The notes below the pieces were generated by a model, which was given only the letters and a program-made list of their open reading frames with translations, had not been told where the DNA came from and made no database searches. This document shows, in pieces, positions 30,102 through 34,626 of a DNA stretch of 34,626 nt (positions are counted from its first letter, which is position 1; every line of letters begins with the position of its first letter). The position numbers and the translations under genes were made by a program. The stretch is from the sequence record SRR16203515_8910; one strand, given 5' to 3'.

Positions 30102-32162
30102 ATGTTCGGGTTGAAACACTCTTACACAGCACTGGTTGCCGTGCTTAGTGCAGGGCTCGCCGCCCCCGCGGTAGCGCAGATGCCGACCACCTTAGAGTAT
30201 GAAGACACATTCAATTTAGAATTTCCGTCTTCACCTTTCTTTTTAGATGATGAGACCTTGGTGTATTCTCGCCAAAGCATGGATGTGATGACAGATAGTC
30301 GCCGCTCTCGTTTATGGCAGATAGATACCAAAAAGGGCACCCATCGGCCACTACTGGATAACGACAAACAAGTCTCCCAGGCAACCCTGTCACCAAACGG
30401 CAAGGTACTGGCCTACACACAGGCGGTGGATGGCCGTAGTCAACTACACCTTTATTACCTTGATACCCAGCAATCGGTACGCTTGACCAATACCACAGAA
30501 ACACCGCGTCAACTGACATGGGCAAACGATGGTTCCACGTTGGCCTTTACCTTATTCACGCCAAGTAAGCCGAGCACGTTGTTTAACCAGATGCCGAGCA
30601 AGCCGAAAGGCGCCAAGTGGGCTGACACCGCTAAGTACATAGATAGCACACAATATCGCTCGGATGGCCGAGGCTATTTAAAAGAAGGCTATGATCAGAT
30701 TTATATTTTGCCGGTAGACGGTGGCACACCCAGACAGCTCACACAAGGTAACTTTCCTAACGGCGGTAAGTTAAGCTTTAGCAAAGACGATAAGTGGATT
30801 TACTTCGCCGCTGATCGCACTGAAGATTATGCCCTGCACCCGCTGCGAAGCGATATTTATAAAGTAAACACAACCTCAGGTACCGTCGAACAAGTCACCG
30901 ACCTTGCTGGCCCGGAAAGCAGACCGCTGCTCAGCCCGGATGGCAAGTGGTTGGCATTTAGCCAGGTTAACGATAAGAAACTGTCTTACCAACTCAGTGA
31001 TTTGATGCTGCTTAACTTAGCATCCAAAGAAACCATACGGCTTACCGAATCACTCGATCGCACCGTAGGTAAATTTGTATGGCGAAACAATAGCCGTGGC
31101 TTAATTTTTTCTTACCTCGATGAGGGGGATAACAAGTTAGCGGCGGTCAACTTAAGCGGTGATATTAAGCCTATTGATGTGTCTCTAGGCGGCCAGTCAT
31201 TCGGGCGCCCTTACACCTCCGGTGACTTTGCGCTTAGCGATGACGGCGATATTGCCTATACCGCGGCTACCCGCTCAAGCCCAGCCGACTTGATGCTGTA
31301 CAGAAAAGGCAAAGCTGACCTTGCCCTTACCGCACTAAACGATGACGCCCTAGGACACTTAACGCTAGCCACGGTGAAAGATTTACCGGTGACCTCATCA
31401 TTTGATGAGCGTGAGATTGATGCCTGGGTGGCATTACCCCCTAACTTCGATAGCAATAAGAAGTATCCGCTGATATTAGAAATTCATGGTGGTCCTCACG
31501 CCGCTTATGGCCCCCACTTTTCCATGGAAGTGCAACTGATGGCGGCCAAAGGGTATGTGGTCGTGTGGTCAAACCCACGGGGAAGCTCTTCCTACGGTGA
31601 AGATTTCGGTAACCTTATTCATCACAACTACCCCTCAGAGGACTATAATGACTTGATGGATGTGGTGGATACCGTGGTGAGCGAAGGCTACATTGATGAA
31701 GAACAACTGTTTATTACCGGTGGCTCAGGCGGTGGGGTACTGACGGCGTGGTCAATTGGTAAAACAGACCGCTTTGCCGCCGCCGTTGTAGCGAAACCTG
31801 TGATCAACTGGGTTAGCTTTGCACTGACTGCTGATGCTTATCCTTATTTTAGTCAGTATTGGATGGCCGGTATGCCATGGGATATTGCCGAAAAGCTATG
31901 GGATAGAAGTCCGTTGTCTTTGGTGGGTAACGTGCAAACCCCCACCTTGTTGCTGACCGGTGAAGCAGATTACCGTACGCCGATTAGCGAATCAGAGCAG
32001 TATTATCAAGCGCTGAAACTAAGAGGCATAGATGCGGCTATGGTACGCATACCCGGTGCCTCCCACGGTATCGCGGGCAAACCTTCGCGCTTAATTCAAA
32101 AGGTAGGCAATATATTGGCGTGGTTTGAACGCTATAAAAAGCAGCCTGAAGAAGCTAAGTAA
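30102..32162 (+). CDS. Secreted S9 family peptidase
   Basis: Beta-propeller repeats; IHGGPH, GGSGGG (Ser), ADYRTP (Asp), ASHG (His). Confidence 0.93.
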   Translation: MFGLKHSYTALVAVLSAGLAAPAVAQMPTTLEYEDTFNLEFPSSPFFLDDETLVYSRQSMDVMTDSRRSRLWQIDTKKGTHRPLLDNDKQVSQATLSPNGKVLAYTQAVDGRSQLHLYYLDTQQSVRLTNTTETPRQLTWANDGSTLAFTLFTPSKPSTLFNQMPSKPKGAKWADTAKYIDSTQYRSDGRGYLKEGYDQIYILPVDGGTPRQLTQGNFPNGGKLSFSKDDKWIYFAADRTEDYALHPLRSDIYKVNTTSGTVEQVTDLAGPESRPLLSPDGKWLAFSQVNDKKLSYQLSDLMLLNLASKETIRLTESLDRTVGKFVWRNNSRGLIFSYLDEGDNKLAAVNLSGDIKPIDVSLGGQSFGRPYTSGDFALSDDGDIAYTAATRSSPADLMLYRKGKADLALTALNDDALGHLTLATVKDLPVTSSFDEREIDAWVALPPNFDSNKKYPLILEIHGGPHAAYGPHFSMEVQLMAAKGYVVVWSNPRGSSSYGEDFGNLIHHNYPSEDYNDLMDVVDTVVSEGYIDEEQLFITGGSGGGVLTAWSIGKTDRFAAAVVAKPVINWVSFALTADAYPYFSQYWMAGMPWDIAEKLWDRSPLSLVGNVQTPTLLLTGEADYRTPISESEQYYQALKLRGIDAAMVRIPGASHGIAGKPSRLIQKVGNILAWFERYKKQPEEAK

Positions 32163-32165
32163 AAC

Positions 32166-32202
32166 AAAAAAGCCAGACGTTTTTAAGACGTCTGGCTTTT
32201 TT
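32166..32202. terminator. Bidirectional terminator
   Basis: AAAAAAGCCAGACGT...ACGTCTGGCTTTTTT. Confidence 0.9.
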
Positions 32203-32220
32203 CAAATCCAACGAAAATGG

Positions 32221-33336
32221 CTAGTTCGCTGCCGTTAGCTTTAACACTTTTCCATTAGGTGCATCGGTTAATAGATAAATTGCGCCGTCTGGCCCTACTT
32301 CTACATCTCGAATACGCGCACTGTTGTCACGTAAATATTCATGCTGATTGCCCGGCGCGTCGTCGGTCACCTCAATGCGTCTTAGGTGAGTAAATTTTAA
32401 TGAGCCCACTAACAGATCGCCTTCCCATTCAGGAAACATATCACCATAGTAAAAGGTCATGCCACTAGGCGCGATTGATGGATCCCAGTAAAGCCAGGGT
32501 TGCTCCATGCCTTTCATATGTGTTTTGTCGCTGATCACCTCACCACTGTAATCGATACCATAGGTGATGGTTGGCCAGCCGTAGTTAGCGCCCTTGCGAA
32601 GCACATTAACTTCGTCGCCCCCTTTAGGCCCATGCTCCATGGCCCACATGACACCGGTTTCAGGGTGCATAGTTACGCCCTGCACATTACGGTGACCGTA
32701 ACTAAATACCTCGGGTGCATCACCGTCAATAAAGGGATTATCGTCAGGCACGCTGCCATCTTTATTAACACGGACTATGGTGCCAAAGTGGTTATTGGGG
32801 TTCTGGGCTTCTTGCATATACTTGTAGCGGTCGCCCAGGGTAATAAATAACGCTTGGTTTTGATCAAACGCGAGTCGACAGCCAAAGTGGAACCCGTTAT
32901 CGATTAACGGTGCGGCACTAAAAATCACCTCCACGTCAGACAGCGATCCTTTGGCTAAAGTAGCCTTAGCAACGCTACTACTGCTACCACCCTCGCCTGG
33001 TTGGCTGAAGCAGAAGTAAATGGTGTTGTTGGACGCAAAATCTGGGTCTACTGCAATATCTAGCATGCCACCTTGGTTATTTGCGGCCACGTCAGGCACA
33101 TTTGCAAGACGCTCAGACAATTCGCCGTCGGCAGAAAGAGTACGAATGCCACCTGCACGTTCGGTGATAAGCATATCGCCATTAGGCAAAAATGCCATGC
33201 CCCACGGGTGTGCGAGGCCTTCTGCAAGGGTCGTGGTGGTAAAGGGGTTGTCAGTTTGCTGCGACATCGCTAGCTGAGGGACCCCAGCTAGTGCAATGCC
33301 GCATAAAGAAACGATGTTAACTGCTGTGCGTGTCAT
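32221..33336 (-). CDS. PQQ-dependent aldose sugar dehydrogenase (YliI-like)
   Basis: HPWGMAFLP, YGHRNVQG, EHGPKGGDE, NYGWP, IAPSG, RIRDV. Confidence 0.93.
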   Translation of the reverse strand: MTRTAVNIVSLCGIALAGVPQLAMSQQTDNPFTTTTLAEGLAHPWGMAFLPNGDMLITERAGGIRTLSADGELSERLANVPDVAANNQGGMLDIAVDPDFASNNTIYFCFSQPGEGGSSSSVAKATLAKGSLSDVEVIFSAAPLIDNGFHFGCRLAFDQNQALFITLGDRYKYMQEAQNPNNHFGTIVRVNKDGSVPDDNPFIDGDAPEVFSYGHRNVQGVTMHPETGVMWAMEHGPKGGDEVNVLRKGANYGWPTITYGIDYSGEVISDKTHMKGMEQPWLYWDPSIAPSGMTFYYGDMFPEWEGDLLVGSLKFTHLRRIEVTDDAPGNQHEYLRDNSARIRDVEVGPDGAIYLLTDAPNGKVLKLTAAN

Positions 33337-33420
33337 GATACGTTCACCCTGTGTTAAACAATTGTGACTATACTAACGCGTTCAGGGCGACTTATCGAGA
33401 CACACGCTACAATAGCAATG

Positions 33421-33894
33421 CTAGCGCGATAGCATTGCTCGTAACATCCACGCCGTTTTTTCGTGCACGCGCATACGGTCACCAATTAATGCAGCAGAAG
33501 ATTCATCATCTGCCTCTTGCGCCAGTTTTAGTGACTCACGACAGGTTTTCACTACTTGTTCATGGCCATGGGTCAGCAAGGCAACCATTTCACCTGCTTC
33601 AGGCACGCCGTCCACTTCGTCAATCGCACTTAACTCGGCAAAAGCTTTATAAGTGCCCGGCGCGGCAACACCTAGAGTACGAATACGTTCTGCAATTTCA
33701 TCAACCGCTTCAGCAAGCTCAATATAGTGCTCTTCAAACATCAGGTGTAATTCACGAAACTGAGGCCCTTCCACATTCCAGTGAAAGTTATGGGTTTGAA
33801 GATAAAGGGTGTAAGAGTCGGCCAATATTTTCTTTAGTCCCTCGGCCACTGCATTACGATCATTTTCTGAAATACCAATATCAATCTTTCTCAT
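33421..33894 (-). CDS. dps: Dps DNA-protection ferritin-like protein
   Basis: [28 protein letters not shown]. Confidence 0.96.
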   Translation of the reverse strand: MRKIDIGISENDRNAVAEGLKKILADSYTLYLQTHNFHWNVEGPQFRELHLMFEEHYIELAEAVDEIAERIRTLGVAAPGTYKAFAELSAIDEVDGVPEAGEMVALLTHGHEQVVKTCRESLKLAQEADDESSAALIGDRMRVHEKTAWMLRAMLSR

Positions 33895-33968
33895 TTATCA
33901 CTCCTTTGTCACGACAATCTAATCGACTAGGGTTAGTCGAATTAAAATAAATTAACGCTACTTAAGTA

Positions 33969-34034
33969 AGTATACGCCACAGCCGCCGAGTTAGATTATT
34001 GTTTATCACAATTGACCTCATAGGTTTATTAGAT
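33969..34034 (-). promoter_or_regulatory. dps promoter with OxyR-like site
   Basis: -10 TATACT (33969-33974); ATTG-N7-CAAT-N7-ATAG-N7-AGAT at 33998-34034 abuts the -35 position. Confidence 0.65.
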
Positions 34035-34047
34035 TAACTATCGGGTA

Positions 34048-34533
34048 TTAATGATGATGCTGGTGCTCTTCCTGACCAGCTTGTTTTTTTACCGGCAGGG
34101 TGACCACCATAGATGGCTGTCCTTGGATATGAAGTGTGAGCGTAACTTCTCTGCCCTCTATCAAGCCGTCGGTAAGCCCCAGCAACATTACATGGTAACT
34201 CCCTGGCGTGAACGCAACCTGGCTATCAGGCGCAATGGTCACTCCGTCTGGCAGGTGTCGCATCTGCATCATATCGTTTTGCATTTCGGTGGTATGAATT
34301 TGGGCGTCATTGGCCACTGAGGCATCAACGCTGACATGGGTTACAACCACAGGGCTATCGCTTGGATTGTGGATAGTAAAGTAAGCTGCGGCAGTTTTCG
34401 CCATGGGGAAGGTAGCTCTTACATAGCCATCGGTTACTGTTAGTTCTTGCTGCGATTGAGGGGCGCAAGCTAACAAGGTAAAACCACACAAGGCTGCAAC
34501 TAGCCCGCGAGATAAAGATTGAAATACAGACAT
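34048..34533 (-). CDS. Copper chaperone PCu(A)C lipoprotein
   Basis: Lipobox LLAC; AAYFTIHN, H..M..M..HVM copper motif; His-rich tail. Confidence 0.92.
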   Translation of the reverse strand: MSVFQSLSRGLVAALCGFTLLACAPQSQQELTVTDGYVRATFPMAKTAAAYFTIHNPSDSPVVVTHVSVDASVANDAQIHTTEMQNDMMQMRHLPDGVTIAPDSQVAFTPGSYHVMLLGLTDGLIEGREVTLTLHIQGQPSMVVTLPVKKQAGQEEHQHHH

Positions 34534-34597
34534 GGCGAAACTCCCAAGAATTGTTGGAAGTCAGTGTACGGTAGGAGAGAAAAATTAAAAAGGAAAA

Positions 34598-34626
34598 TGG
34601 TGCCGACTGCCGGAATCGAACTGGCG
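34598..34626 (-). tRNA. 3' end of tRNA-Thr (thrU-like), truncated by the window edge
   Basis: Minus strand CGCCAGTTCGATTCCGGCAGTCGGCACCA gives the T arm, acceptor stem and CCA. The anticodon is outside the window. Confidence 0.85.

Noticed and set aside
33351..33950. 199-aa ORF antisense to dps, and other shadow ORFs
   Set aside because: Antisense or alternate-frame shadows of conserved genes
34598..34626. tRNA as an island attachment site
   Set aside because: No duplicated 3' end or integrase noticed in the window

Overview
Chromosomal window of a marine gammaproteobacterium, probably Alteromonadaceae (inferred from gene content). Left part (1 to ~8.4 kb): an accessory mosaic of short genes. 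It opens with the C-terminus of a RelE-like toxin whose stop codon lies in a degenerate integron attC-like site, followed by VOC, DUF302, SIMPL, a secreted S8 protease, an RRM protein, a truncated AraC gene, YoaK, SpoIIAA-like and SRPBCC genes. Next come an NRAMP-like transporter, an orphan substrate-binding protein and a porin split by one in-frame TAG. Middle: a likely peptidoglycan-scavenging locus (yitT-family, alr, murQ, namZ, mscS, secreted nagZ, NhaC-family transporter, ggt). Right part: VOC, ALDH, purA, a kynureninase-like PLP enzyme, cnoX, DUF962, an S9 peptidase, a PQQ sugar dehydrogenase, dps with an OxyR-like site, PCu(A)C and the 3' end of a tRNA-Thr. All calls come from motif recognition by eye; no searches were run.
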